Positions 19,674 to 30,449 are shown, counted from the stretch's first letter. The stretch: DNA of 44,119 nucleotides from an uncultured Nitrososphaeraceae archaeon (GCA_963837175.1 CAWIMJ010000037.1:1-44119); one strand, 5' to 3'. Translations and numbers: made by a program. The notes: generated from the sequence alone by a model not told the origin.

Positions 19674-20938
19674 TACTCGAGAATGCAAGCTTATTGCTTG
19701 GAAAAGATCTAACTTTTGTCAACAATGGTTTTATTGAAATTAAAAAAAATGGAATAATAAAGAAAGCTGGAGAAGGAAACTATCGTGAGATTATCGACAA
19801 AGAAAGAAACGTTATAGATGCAGAGGGATTTTTGATAATTCCCGGATTTATTAATGCTCATACACACATAGGAGATTCAATTGGTAAAGATTTCCTGATT
19901 AGTTCTGGGTTAGACGAAAGAGTTAATCCTATTTTTGGAGCAAAAAGGGACATTTTGCAAAAAAGTAGCCCAGATCACCTCAAGATATTCATGAGAAGCT
20001 CAGCCATATCAATGATGAAAAAGGGAATAGTTGCTTTTGCAGACTTTAGAGAAGGAGGCATAGAGGGCGTAAAACTTCTAAAGGCTGCGATATCTGATCT
20101 TCCAATTAAATGTGTAATACTTGGTAGACTTGAATATTATTTTAATCAAATAAAAAAGGAAATGATACATTCTGAATTAGAAATAGAACAAAATGACAGC
20201 AAACTTTCTTCAAATTTACTGCAAATGACTTCTGATATTTTAAAAATAGCTGATGGACTAGGAATCAGTGGTGCAAACGAAAATACTGATGAATCACTTA
20301 TGCAATATAGAAAATTATTACAAAACAAAAATAATAAAGAAAACAGGAAACTATTGATTGCAATTCATGCTGCAGAGTCTAAATATACAAATGAGGTATC
20401 CAAATCAAAAACAGGCAGGACCGAAATAAATAGAATAATGCAATATTTAAAACCTGACATTATTGTTCATATGACTAATGCTAATGAAGAGGATGTTTCT
20501 ATCGTAGCAAAGAACGGAATTGGAGTAATCGTCTGCCCTAGATCAAATGGAATACTAGGAGTCGGGATTCCAAAAGTCGCAAGAATGTTAAAACTAGGAT
20601 GTACTATTGGTATAGGAACAGATAATGTTATGCTAAATTCTCCTGACATCTTTAGAGAATTGGATTATTTATGGAAGGTATCACGGGCAACGGAACCAGA
20701 ATTCATTAGTCCCAGGGAAATACTTATGATGGCTACAGTAAACAATGCTAAAATCCTCGGGCTGAATTCTGGCTATATAGAAAATGGACGATCAGCAGAT
20801 TTATTATTTATCGACAAGAATCATATTGATCTGTATCCAATTCATAATCCCTACGCATCAATAATTCATAGAGCGAGTCAGGATTCAATCAAAGCTGTGA
20901 TGATAAATGGCAAGTTTATAGATGGAGCAGATATCTAA
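19664..20938 (+). CDS. Metal-dependent amidohydrolase (deaminase subtype) in the riboflavin operon
   Basis: PGFINAHTH, HAAE, VHMT, CPRSN and GTDN. Overlaps both neighbours. Confidence 0.92.
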   Translation: MSLILENASLLLGKDLTFVNNGFIEIKKNGIIKKAGEGNYREIIDKERNVIDAEGFLIIPGFINAHTHIGDSIGKDFLISSGLDERVNPIFGAKRDILQKSSPDHLKIFMRSSAISMMKKGIVAFADFREGGIEGVKLLKAAISDLPIKCVILGRLEYYFNQIKKEMIHSELEIEQNDSKLSSNLLQMTSDILKIADGLGISGANENTDESLMQYRKLLQNKNNKENRKLLIAIHAAESKYTNEVSKSKTGRTEINRIMQYLKPDIIVHMTNANEEDVSIVAKNGIGVIVCPRSNGILGVGIPKVARMLKLGCTIGIGTDNVMLNSPDIFRELDYLWKVSRATEPEFISPREILMMATVNNAKILGLNSGYIENGRSADLLFIDKNHIDLYPIHNPYASIIHRASQDSIKAVMINGKFIDGADI

Positions 20939-21590
20939 TTTGCAAGTATTGATTAATGCCGCTATGACAATTGATGGCAAAATTGCGACAAATCTTGGTG
21001 ATTCTGCAATTTCTTCAAAACAAGATTTAAGAAGACTTCATAGGTTGCGATCTTCTGTTGATGCAATTGTTATCGGAATATCAACAGTTATTGTGGATAA
21101 TCCAAGACTCACTGTAAGACTGGTTAAAAGATATGGAACAACCCCTGTGAGAATAATAATAGACAGCACAGGAAGAATACCTCTTGATTCAAAAATTCTA
21201 AAAAGCGCATCTAAAATCAATACAATAGTAGCAGTAACGAGCAGAACATCTGACAAGAGAATTGATAAAATTAAGAGTGCGGGTGCAATGGTAATTGTTG
21301 CAGGAGCAAGAACTGTTGATTTAAAAGAGCTATTTTGTATTCTTAAAAAGATGGGATTTAACAAGATACTCGTTGAAGGAGGTGGAGAATTAAATTGGTC
21401 AATCCTTCAATTAGGAATCGTGAATGAATTAATGGTAACAGTTGCACCCAGAATAGTAGGTGGGAGAACGGCAACTACCTTAGTAGAGGGAGATGGATAT
21501 ACAAGAATCTCAGAGAGTATAAAAACGGAATTGATAAAGATTTCAAGACAAAACAATGGAGAGATAATGTTGTATTATAAATTAGTATAA
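20922..21590 (+). CDS. arfC: 2,5-diamino-6-(ribosylamino)-4(3H)-pyrimidinone 5'-phosphate reductase (RibD C-terminal domain only)
   Basis: AAMTIDGKIA, LHRLRSSVDAI, DNPRLTVR and LVEGGGELN. No deaminase domain. Confidence 0.93.
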   Translation: MEQISNLQVLINAAMTIDGKIATNLGDSAISSKQDLRRLHRLRSSVDAIVIGISTVIVDNPRLTVRLVKRYGTTPVRIIIDSTGRIPLDSKILKSASKINTIVAVTSRTSDKRIDKIKSAGAMVIVAGARTVDLKELFCILKKMGFNKILVEGGGELNWSILQLGIVNELMVTVAPRIVGGRTATTLVEGDGYTRISESIKTELIKISRQNNGEIMLYYKLV

Positions 21591-21705
21591 CAGTATATAT
21601 ACCCCTGTAGCCATCTATATATCGAACTGTATTCTATTTACTAAAATTGTCTATATAAAACAATTTACTATATGATTTATATATTAGTATGATCACTAAA
21701 AAAAT

Positions 21706-22020
21706 ATGGAGTCAGATATTCAGAGATTAGATTTAGCTACTGGCATCAAGGATTCCTTAATAAACGCAGGATTTACTGTTAGCTTCATACTTAACAGCAC
21801 TACAACAGACATTTCTGAAAGACTTGGAGTAGATCTATATGTAGCTCAAATTATCTTTGAAGAGGCTAAAAGAATAAGAAATGTTGCCACCACCGACGCA
21901 GTATCTACTACTATTGCCGTTAACAAAGACAATGATTACAATAATAAACATACATACATGCATAACGCCTATGCCTATCATATCCTAGTGCATAATCATT
22001 CCCCGCGGATAACATTATAG
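21706..22020 (+). CDS. Hypothetical protein with helix-hairpin-helix-like N-terminus
   Basis: LATGIKDSLINAGF..ILNSTTTDISERLGVDLYVAQIIFEEAK resembles the RadA N-terminal HhH pattern. Confidence 0.65.
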   Translation: MESDIQRLDLATGIKDSLINAGFTVSFILNSTTTDISERLGVDLYVAQIIFEEAKRIRNVATTDAVSTTIAVNKDNDYNNKHTYMHNAYAYHILVHNHSPRITL

Positions 22021-22105
22021 TTAAATAGTTACATTTACAATCAAAAAATTGAACATACATAAATTCCCTCTCATTTAATAAATCACTTTTATTTACTATA
22101 AGTTG

Positions 22106-22633
22106 TTATAATCTATTATTTCTTAAGGATATATCTAATGTTATCTGTTCAATCTTATATCGTAATGCTTCCTTTATCTTACTATTGTCGACCATATTGA
22201 GCGGTCCTTTGCAATTAGGGCACTTGAAAAATGATTCAACAGCAGCATCAAATTTTGTTCTAGGACAATCTTTATTTCCACAATGATAGAACTCAGAGGA
22301 TTCTTCATATTCTAGACGTTTTTCCAATCTATCGAGAATTTTTTTCTTTTGATTATCGATAAAATTATCAATTTGATCACGTTTCGCTCGCCATCTATAT
22401 ACAAACCATCCTTTCTTCTCATCCTTTACTCTTATACCGGTAATTAGCGCTTTACCAAACATATCGTAAAGAACTTTTCTTATAATATTTATTCTTAGAC
22501 CAGTGGCGCTTGCGATTTCTTCATCGGTTGCATCTTCTGTATTTAAAAGTGCACGAGCAACCTTAAGATATTCTTCTCCTCCAATTAGACCTGCAATTTT
22601 AACAAAAGAATCTTCATACTCGACTGAGTGCAT
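22106..22633 (-). CDS. tfe: Transcription factor E (TFE alpha)
   Basis: wHTH ATDEEIASATGLRINIIRKVLY, GWFVYRW, and zinc ribbon CGNKDC...FKCPNC. Confidence 0.96.
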   Translation of the reverse strand: MHSVEYEDSFVKIAGLIGGEEYLKVARALLNTEDATDEEIASATGLRINIIRKVLYDMFGKALITGIRVKDEKKGWFVYRWRAKRDQIDNFIDNQKKKILDRLEKRLEYEESSEFYHCGNKDCPRTKFDAAVESFFKCPNCKGPLNMVDNSKIKEALRYKIEQITLDISLRNNRL

Positions 22634-23248
22634 CTATCAGTACATCTCTTTTTTTAGATATATAGTTACCGGCTTATATCTCATATCCTTTTTCTTCAAT
22701 AGTATTTAAAATAAAATACAAATTTCTGATTACTATTATAACTGGATAATTCTTCTAGCCTGGCTACATAGACCTCGAAATTTTTTTGTATATTATTCTA
22801 GCCATGTATAGAGAAATTATTGTAAGGATTTTAGTAGAAATGATTATTTTTACTTAATCTAGTGTTCATATTTGCCTTTTTTTCGTGTATCAAATGACGT
22901 TAAATACAATTGCCATCTGGACTATTCTTACAAAAAACCATCAATGCCCCAATAGGAGATAAGGTTAAAAATTGACATCATATTCTCTATAGTATTGCAA
23001 GGATTTGAAGCATAAGGTAGTGATAATTTTATGGGTTGTTGTATAGAAAGTTTACTTGAATGCTAGTACAAGGATCAAATAATCAAATATTCCTCTAGTC
23101 TCTTATTATCCAAAAGATTATGATAATGCCAATACTATATTGCCACGCGTTGCATTATATTTGTCATTATTTCTTTTATTTTATCTATTTTCTCTCCCGA
23201 TAATATGTATCGGAGTATGGAAAACATTTTAAATATCATACAAACTTA

Positions 23249-23581
23249 TTATAACTTAAATTTCAATTCATTTATTAGCTCTCTAAACGACTTTGCCAAT
23301 CCTATGGTGACATTGCTTATTTTTCCTAAATTTTGAGCATTCTCACGTAAATTAGTTCTCTTTTTAGAAGTTAGAATTACCATTTTGGACTCGTATAGAA
23401 TACCTGTTTGATCTAATGCAGCTATAGTATTTTTTGTATTTTCAACCGCATTTTTCATAGCTTCTTTCGTTAGGTTGATTTTCTCAAGATTTTTGAGAAT
23501 TACTGGATCATTGAACAAGTTTCTTATACTCATAATAATATTATTAATTTCTTTTATTTTCCTAATTGATTTCACTATCAT
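23249..23581 (-). CDS. Hypothetical helical protein (possibly a fragment)
   Basis: 110-aa ORF with no recognisable motif. Confidence 0.45.
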   Translation of the reverse strand: MIVKSIRKIKEINNIIMSIRNLFNDPVILKNLEKINLTKEAMKNAVENTKNTIAALDQTGILYESKMVILTSKKRTNLRENAQNLGKISNVTIGLAKSFRELINELKFKL

Positions 23582-23872
23582 ATGATCTATACAATAATAA
23601 TTTATGAGCGTATTTATTATGTCTTTAATAAATATTTATTAGATATTAATTCATAATCAATCTGCTAAAAATAGTTTATTCATTTAACAAATAACAGTAG
23701 AACAAACATAACTGATGGTATTATTTTCAACCGATAAATCCAACGGTTACGACTTATTGAATTCTGCAGGCTAATTAATAACATAACACATTATTAGCTT
23801 TACAATTAACATCTCCATAACGAATGAAAAAATTATAATGCGGCTAATGCGTTAATCAGTTGGTGATTAGAA

Positions 23873-24076
23873 GTAGATAAATCTACTCGCGCTGTTAAAG
23901 AATGGTTACCTTTAAGCGCGGTGGCTGCCGCAATCTCATTCGTAATCGCGTTTATAATGCATGTTCCAGCAGAGCAAACTATTGTTGCCTCGGCACTTGG
24001 AAGTATTATGGTTTTTAGTGCATTGTTATTCAGATCTTTTGGCAAAGATGATGATAAGATATCAAAATATAAATGA
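23873..24076 (+). CDS. Putative small two-TM membrane protein without a canonical upstream start
   Basis: Open frame VDKSTRAVKEWLPLSAVAAAISFVIAFIMHVPAEQTIVASALGSIMVFSALLFRSFGKDDDKISKYK*, with SD-like GGTGA 6 nt before the GTA codon. Confidence 0.55.
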   Translation, partial: VDKSTRAVKEWLPLSAVAAAISFVIAFIMHVPAEQTIVASALGSIMVFSALLFRSFGKDDDKISKYK

Positions 24077-24390
24077 TTAACTAAAAAGAAATGATAGTTC
24101 TGTTTTTATAGCCTTTGTTTTGTTTATGAGACTGCCATATTACGTCCACTAGAATACTATTATACGCTTATTGGTACAGATTCTCATCACTACATTTGTT
24201 CCCTTGTTTTTATTCGAGATTGAATCTCGTATCCTGTGTACTTGCTTCCTGTATAGTAGTAGGTACGATAACCAATCTGCTAACAACGTGCTATCGCTTC
24301 TATGATTTCACCCATTAGTAAATGGAGTGTTTTACTGATGGTATATCATTTATTGTATAGTAATAACTATAATGCACAAATACTAATGAT

Positions 24391-25233
24391 CTAAATTCTA
24401 ATAGTGGATTTTTCTAATCTTCTGACTTTCCTAATAGAATATTTTGTGGCTAGCGTTACAATAAATATACCTATAGAAACAAGAACAATAGTTCCGCCGG
24501 GAGCCAAGTTCAGTATATAGGAGATAAGTATCCCTGCTACTACAGAAAATACCGATAGTGAAACAGAAATTAGGGTTGTTTTCCTGAAACCTTTTCCAAA
24601 CATCATAGCAGTAAGAGTAGGAATTACAATTAATGAAGAGATTAGTAGAATTCCTACTAAGCGCATTGATGCAATTACAGTTACACCTGCGAGTACTACG
24701 AAAAGATAGTTCAGTTTTGTAACTTGCAATCCACTGACTTTGGCTTGTTCCTCATCGAAGGTAATGTACATTAATTTTCTGTAAAGGATCAACACTATTG
24801 ACAAGATTGTTACTGCTATGGCTAAAATCATCAATGTATCTTCGACACTTACCAAGAGTATACTTCCAAATAGAAAACTGAACAAATCTATGGAGAAGCC
24901 GTTTGATAAACTTACTAAAACAACGCCAAGAGCAAGACCAGACGATAGCAATACTGCCACAGCCGAATCAGGAGGAATATTTGTTGATTGTCTCAATTTA
25001 GTAATACCTAATGCCGCAAGGATTGAAACAATGAAGGCAGTCCACATAGGATAAATATTTGTATACATACCTATAGCAATCCCTCCAAATGCCATATGTG
25101 AGAGCGCATCTCCAAATAGAGAATGCCTTCTTAAGACCAAAAATAGTCCAATTATTGAGCAAATTACCGCAACGGCAACTCCAGCTGTCAAGGCACGTTG
25201 CATAAAACTAAATTCAAGAATTTCAAGAATCAT
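24391..25233 (-). CDS. Zn/Mn ABC transporter permease (ZnuB/ABC-3 family)
   Basis: FMQRAL, SLFGDALSH, FLFGSIL, FDEEQAKVSG and VGILLISSL. Confidence 0.95.
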   Translation of the reverse strand: MILEILEFSFMQRALTAGVAVAVICSIIGLFLVLRRHSLFGDALSHMAFGGIAIGMYTNIYPMWTAFIVSILAALGITKLRQSTNIPPDSAVAVLLSSGLALGVVLVSLSNGFSIDLFSFLFGSILLVSVEDTLMILAIAVTILSIVLILYRKLMYITFDEEQAKVSGLQVTKLNYLFVVLAGVTVIASMRLVGILLISSLIVIPTLTAMMFGKGFRKTTLISVSLSVFSVVAGILISYILNLAPGGTIVLVSIGIFIVTLATKYSIRKVRRLEKSTIRI

Positions 25234-25632
25234 GGTCTTAGTAGATATTATTATAGATTTCGCATCAGTCTACGATTGAGTAGTGCACTATTCCTGCATC
25301 ATAGTTAGAATCAATTACTGTTGCCGGATCATGTTGTTTCTTTATATTAAATGGAATACGGTTACCCGAATTAGGAACTGCTAACATCATCTATAATATA
25401 TCCCACCACTACTTACTACGTACATCTAAGGCCCACCTTTAGACTCAATATTCTGCTGTATCTTGTCAATGAACCCAATATCAACCAGCAGCTTAATAGT
25501 ATAATTCAATATTCATATATTAAAATTAATAATAATATATACTTTTATTAATAAGATCCTTACACTACTCTATAAGCTACAGAAGAATTCTGAGCCATCA
25601 AATAGGTAGTAATTAAGTTTTAAAGATTAGAT

Positions 25633-26396
25633 GGCCCTGTTAACTTAAGAAAAACATATGGCTTTAGAAGTAGTTACGGATCATATCTATGCTTTTGTTG
25701 TCTTCTTAATGACAAATCTCAAAACATTATCCTGCAGATTTATTAATAGAAGCCATGTATCGATATGGAAATGGATCCAAAAATGTAAACCATAAAGGAC
25801 TTTCCTTAAACAAAGAAGGATTTTTGAATTTATAAACGATGGAACTCAAATTAAGTAGGTAGTATACTGCCTAACATAATTTCGTATATCCTTTAAAACC
25901 AAGTAAAAGGATTTTTTATGCATAGTAAACCTTACATATTAAGAAAAATCTGTAAACGAACTTTTGTTAGTTAGTATAATTATTTTTGGATATGGGTTGT
26001 AATTGAGCCTGTCCACAAAAAATCATTCTTAGCATTCATCTTTCTATAGAAAGAAACATGTTTGTTGCTGAAAGATTTCTATATATTCATTAGCAAACAA
26101 ATACGACGCAAAGCATAGCATTTCAACAGATGGCGATAGTTAGTACCTGCAAGCATGTAAATTTTTGAAGCTAAAACAACACACTATCTTCATCCAACAT
26201 ATGGGAAAAAAAGTAACATTGAAAGAACTATTCAGTACATAAAAGATAGAACTGAATGTTTTGTTGACGACTATTTTCTGTGTGCTGAAAATATTAAGAA
26301 TAACAAATCCAAACTAATACATGCTACCAATTGGTTTAATCTTTTTGTTAATTATTAGGATAATGAGGATGTAAGTTTCTTAAGTTTAAAAGAGCC
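25633..26396 (+). mobile_element. Eroded IS6-family element with intact 8-bp target site duplication, carrying a nested MITE
   Basis: IRs GGCCCTGTTAACTTAAG / CTTAAGTTTAAAAGAGCC. GATTAGAT at 25625-25632 and 26397-26404. Fragments IWKWIQK, WIWVVIEP, IERNMFVAERFL, STDGD and IERTIQYIKDRTECF. Confidence 0.92.
25863..25978. mobile_element. MITE copy 2
   Basis: Near-identical to 1459-1574. Removing the element plus one TA restores the IS6 frame VGSNYFWIWVVIEP. Confidence 0.92.
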
Positions 26397-26587
26397 GATT
26401 AGATTAACTGGCAGATTATTAATAATTCTGAAGATCATATTCCTAAAATAAAAGGATCATATTCACAGACTGTAAATAGCATACAAAAACGATTTACAAC
26501 AAACAATACTTTCTAAACAAGTTAGAGCCATTCTGAGATTTGAGATGAAGGAAAATATGGTAAAAGATATTGGAAGTAATGAAGAGA

Positions 26588-27352
26588 TTATTTTGATAAT
26601 ATTTTATTCCTTACCTCTGGCTCATATTTTTTAACGACATTTGATAGAGGCATTCTTTTTCCTCCCACTACCTTTATAGTAACATCAATTTTACCATCTT
26701 TAATGTCTATAATATTGTATGTATCTTCGAATACTCCCCTGTAACGCCATGAACAAGCGGTTCCGGCATATGCAATTTTCAAAGATCCTAAGTTCCAAAG
26801 CCAAGGTCTATGCTTATGACCACAGAGAACGAGATCTACTTTAGATTCCAAGCATGCTCTTAGTGTGTCTCCTGCATCGAGAATACCTACAACATTGGCA
26901 TATCCCGTATCAGGGATTGCAATTAAATGATGATGCATTGCTACAATCTTTGTTTTGTTAACATATTTGCTTAGAGTCCCTTCTAACCACAGGTTCTGTC
27001 TGTGTCCTACCTCACCTTCATCTCTATCAGGTCTGGCAGTTCCGACAGTGAGCAGAACTACATCATCAAATTCATAAATTTGTTTTGAAGAAGGAAAGAA
27101 TTTCTTGAACAGAAGGTAACCTGTATGACGATAATCATGATTTCCGGGGAAAACTATTAGATTAGAACAATTGAATTTTTTGAGTTCTGTATGAGCTTGC
27201 TCAAACTGAAATATTAGACCTTCATCTGTCAGATCGCCTGATATAATTATTGCATCTGGTTTTAAATTGTTAACCTCTTGAACAATCGTATTGAATGCAT
27301 CTTGTTTGAAGAGACCACCAATGTGCATATCAGATATCTGAACAAACTGCAT
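26588..27352 (-). CDS. Calcineurin-like metallophosphoesterase (CpdA/Icc-like)
   Basis: SDMH, SGDLTD, PGNHD, MHHH and CGHKH motifs. Confidence 0.93.
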   Translation of the reverse strand: MQFVQISDMHIGGLFKQDAFNTIVQEVNNLKPDAIIISGDLTDEGLIFQFEQAHTELKKFNCSNLIVFPGNHDYRHTGYLLFKKFFPSSKQIYEFDDVVLLTVGTARPDRDEGEVGHRQNLWLEGTLSKYVNKTKIVAMHHHLIAIPDTGYANVVGILDAGDTLRACLESKVDLVLCGHKHRPWLWNLGSLKIAYAGTACSWRYRGVFEDTYNIIDIKDGKIDVTIKVVGGKRMPLSNVVKKYEPEVRNKILSK

Positions 27353-28301
27353 TATCTAATTATTTCCTAACAACATGATATATTAATACAATGTTGATAA
27401 ATTGGAAATTAGTATGTTATTGAAACTGCTTGTGTATTATTCTGGTTTGATCAATATTTGGTATATTAAATAATTATGATATGTTATTATGATTTCTTGA
27501 CATGGAGCACTAATTCGTAGAACGGTAATTATGAAATAGGCTTCAGCATATTCTTTTATTACTAGTGCGATAAGGACTATTTTCTGTAGTAATATTTACA
27601 ATGCCTTGCTACTAACAAGAAGTATTGTGTTGATCCAACATAGTGAGATGAATTTGAACAGTAATGCAATCTAGTCAAAATTCACAAGCTTGAAAATATA
27701 ATTTATTGGAAGTTATTCAACGACGTAACTAATCCAACTCAGTAGCGTAAGATAATCTTGTTCAATCTTAGGAAGAAAATATGTATTAGCAAGAGCCTAT
27801 AAGATAATGTTCCTGCTTTACTTTACTCATTTGTGGCATACAGCCAATGATTATAGCAAATTAACAAGATTGGGACTAGCAAAACAAATATAATATTATT
27901 GTGCACTACTTAGTGAACCATCAAGGACATACCTTATTTGTTGATATACAGCTTTATTTAATAGGCGAATTAGAGGTAGTAAATTGAGTTGCTAAGAGTA
28001 ACAAGTTTGTTACAAGCTCAAAGCTCTCTTTCATAGATAGAGAGTGAAAAAATTTGGTAGTACAAGAAAAAGGGTATGCAATCATCTTATTGATATTATC
28101 GATGACAATGACGTTTTCATCTACTGAAGCAAATTCATCTTTATCCATATTTGTTATGACACTAAAAACTTCATTGTGATTATCCGTGATAATTTTGCAA
28201 ATAACTAATTTAAAATCTTTTAGATCTCATTCGACATGATATATTGGATTTAAATTACACATCATCCATACTTAATAATAACAAATAGATCTACACTTTA
28301 T

Positions 28302-28805
28302 TTATAATGTTAAATCATCAGCTTTGTCTGAAAGATCTTTTTTCAAAGATACCATCTGTTCTTCCTTTCTGGATTTCAGAACTGTCATTAATTCTGTTTC
28401 TATAATATGGGGCAATATCCGGATCTTATTTACTACAATATCTCTCATCTGTTCCAAATTTTTAGCACGGACTTTCAAAAGCAAATCAAATCTGCCATGT
28501 ATTTCGTGAATTTCCAAGACTTCTTCAACTTTTGATAGATCATCGGTAATCTCTTCTGCAAATCCTGGTTCTACATTTATTCCCATGAAAGCAAGGTGGT
28601 CATAACCAAGACGATTGTTATCTACGGAAATTGTAAACTTATTAATTATTCCTGCTGCAATTAGGCGCTTAACTCTGATATGCACTGTTGCATCAGAAAT
28701 ACCTATGTGTTTAGCGATTTCGACAAATGGTGTAGATGAATCTCTACCCAAAAAATCTATTATCTGGAGATTTATATTGTCTAGTAAATCTGAGTCTAAT
28801 TGCAC
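28302..28805 (-). CDS. Lrp/AsnC family regulator
   Basis: N-terminal HTH PFVEIAKHIGISDATVHIRVKRL and C-terminal RAM domain HEIHGRFDLLLKV. Confidence 0.95.
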   Translation of the reverse strand: MQLDSDLLDNINLQIIDFLGRDSSTPFVEIAKHIGISDATVHIRVKRLIAAGIINKFTISVDNNRLGYDHLAFMGINVEPGFAEEITDDLSKVEEVLEIHEIHGRFDLLLKVRAKNLEQMRDIVVNKIRILPHIIETELMTVLKSRKEEQMVSLKKDLSDKADDLTL

Positions 28806-28952
28806 ATTTAAACTACGTTTTTGGTGTTTAAATGCTTTTAATATACCAACATTCTCTTATACTATATCTCTACGTTATGAGTATATAGGAATTGTTCAAT
28901 TCATGCCCACTAATATCAAGAAATAATAATACTTGTTGCTTCAGTACATTCA

Positions 28953-29897
28953 TTGTCACAGAGACCTTGCAATAAATGCCATAATGAATTAAGTGTGTTT
29001 TATAGATCTTATTCTGGAGAGTATCTATGCAGAAAATGCTTTCTACGCTCCATAGAAGAAAAGACTGCCAAAACTATGTCCAAGTTTTCTATGCTCGATT
29101 ATAATGACAAAGTAGCAGTTGCTGTTTCTGGAGGCAAAGATAGTTTAGCGTTACTATTTGTTATGAAAAAGATCTTTGAGAAACATGACCATTCAGATCT
29201 TATCGCTATAACAATAGACGAGGGAATAGAAGGTTATCGTAATGAATCGTTGCAGATAGTAAAAGAATTCTGTTCAGAACTAAAAATAGAGAGTAAAATT
29301 CTTAGTTACAAGAATCTATTTGGAATAGATATGGACAAAGCTATGATGACAAGACCTTCTGACAAGATGACTTCTTGCTCTATATGCGGCACTTTTCGTA
29401 GAAGAGCAATAGATTTGGCAGCAGAATCTGTGGGTGCAAATGTCATAGCGACAGCACACAATTTAGACGATCAATTACAAACCTTTGCCATAAATCTTTT
29501 TGCCGGAGATATCGAGAGGATTGCTTGGATTTACCCTGAACCAGTCCAGTATGGTTCAAATGGCTTGAAGAAGATAAAACCTTTTGTAGAGATTTATGAA
29601 CACGAAATAGTATTCTATGCTCTACAGATGAAAATTCCATTTCAATCAGAAGAATGCCCCTATATGCATGAAAGTATCAGAACCGATATCCGAGAATTTC
29701 TAAATAAGCTAGAAAAAGGTCGTCCGGGAATCAAGTATAACGCGTACAACTCGATATTAAAGATTTCTAAAAGTATGAAGTCAGCATCCTTGACACATGG
29801 GTCACAAAAGTGCTCGGTCTGCAGACGAGACTCTATGGGAGACATCTGTTCAGTTTGCAGAATTGTTGGTATTCTGACGGATAATAAATCAGATTAA
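28953..29897 (+). CDS. tRNA 2-thiolation protein (Ncs6/TtuA, TIGR00269-like)
   Basis: N-terminal CxxC pairs, PP-loop SGGKDS, CSICGTFRR, TAHNLDD, ECPY, and C-terminal zinc finger. Confidence 0.93.
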   Translation: MSQRPCNKCHNELSVFYRSYSGEYLCRKCFLRSIEEKTAKTMSKFSMLDYNDKVAVAVSGGKDSLALLFVMKKIFEKHDHSDLIAITIDEGIEGYRNESLQIVKEFCSELKIESKILSYKNLFGIDMDKAMMTRPSDKMTSCSICGTFRRRAIDLAAESVGANVIATAHNLDDQLQTFAINLFAGDIERIAWIYPEPVQYGSNGLKKIKPFVEIYEHEIVFYALQMKIPFQSEECPYMHESIRTDIREFLNKLEKGRPGIKYNAYNSILKISKSMKSASLTHGSQKCSVCRRDSMGDICSVCRIVGILTDNKSD

Positions 29898-30131
29898 GAT
29901 ATTCCTTGCTTGCAGCCTTAGCGTATAATTTATGCTTAATCGTGAGGGGTTTATCAACTATATAGATGATATATCAATATCCAATTAGATATTATGGAGT
30001 TTAAGCAGTCACATCTGATATGGATATTAGACTGATTCAGTGCAAAGTAAATTAACCATTCAATTGCATTATATGTCGAAGGATATTTGGAGAAGTGATA
30101 AGCAAATATAATGAAACTGTGTAATAGAATT

Positions 30132-30449
30132 GCGGAGGCAGGGAGGATCGGGGTGCTAGCCGTACCCCATATCAGAAATCGGCTTCATGCTGGGATCAGT
30201 AACTGCTGGATAAATCCATAGATGGGAGGCACCTGCTTGCCTTGCTGAAATGAAATCACGCCGTGTCGGATGGTTATGAACAGCGTACCGCGCGAAGGCG
30301 CAGTTTCGACTGTGAATCGTTGAAATGGGTGAGGTCCGGGAGGGAGCAACCCTAAGGCGGCATAGTCATGCTGGCACGTCTACGTGGTGGATCTTGCATG
30401 GCTTGAGATAGGGTCTTGTATTTATGGTGGTACCAGTGGGCTGCCCCGC
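30132..30449 (+). ncRNA. ffs: Archaeal signal recognition particle (7S) RNA
   Basis: About 318-nt GC-rich island. Ends pair (GCGGAGGCAG/CTGCCCCGC), helix-8 motif AGGTCC-GGGA-GGGAGCA is present, and a T-run follows. Confidence 0.92.

Noticed and set aside
25560-25624. Minus-strand DGSEF fragment resembling a universal stress protein start (similar hint near 22940)
   Set aside because: Too short and broken to call.
27954-28148. 64-aa ORF; likewise 10882-11064, 35237-35515 and 43506-43703
   Set aside because: No motifs, in decayed AT-rich regions; likely spurious or fragments.
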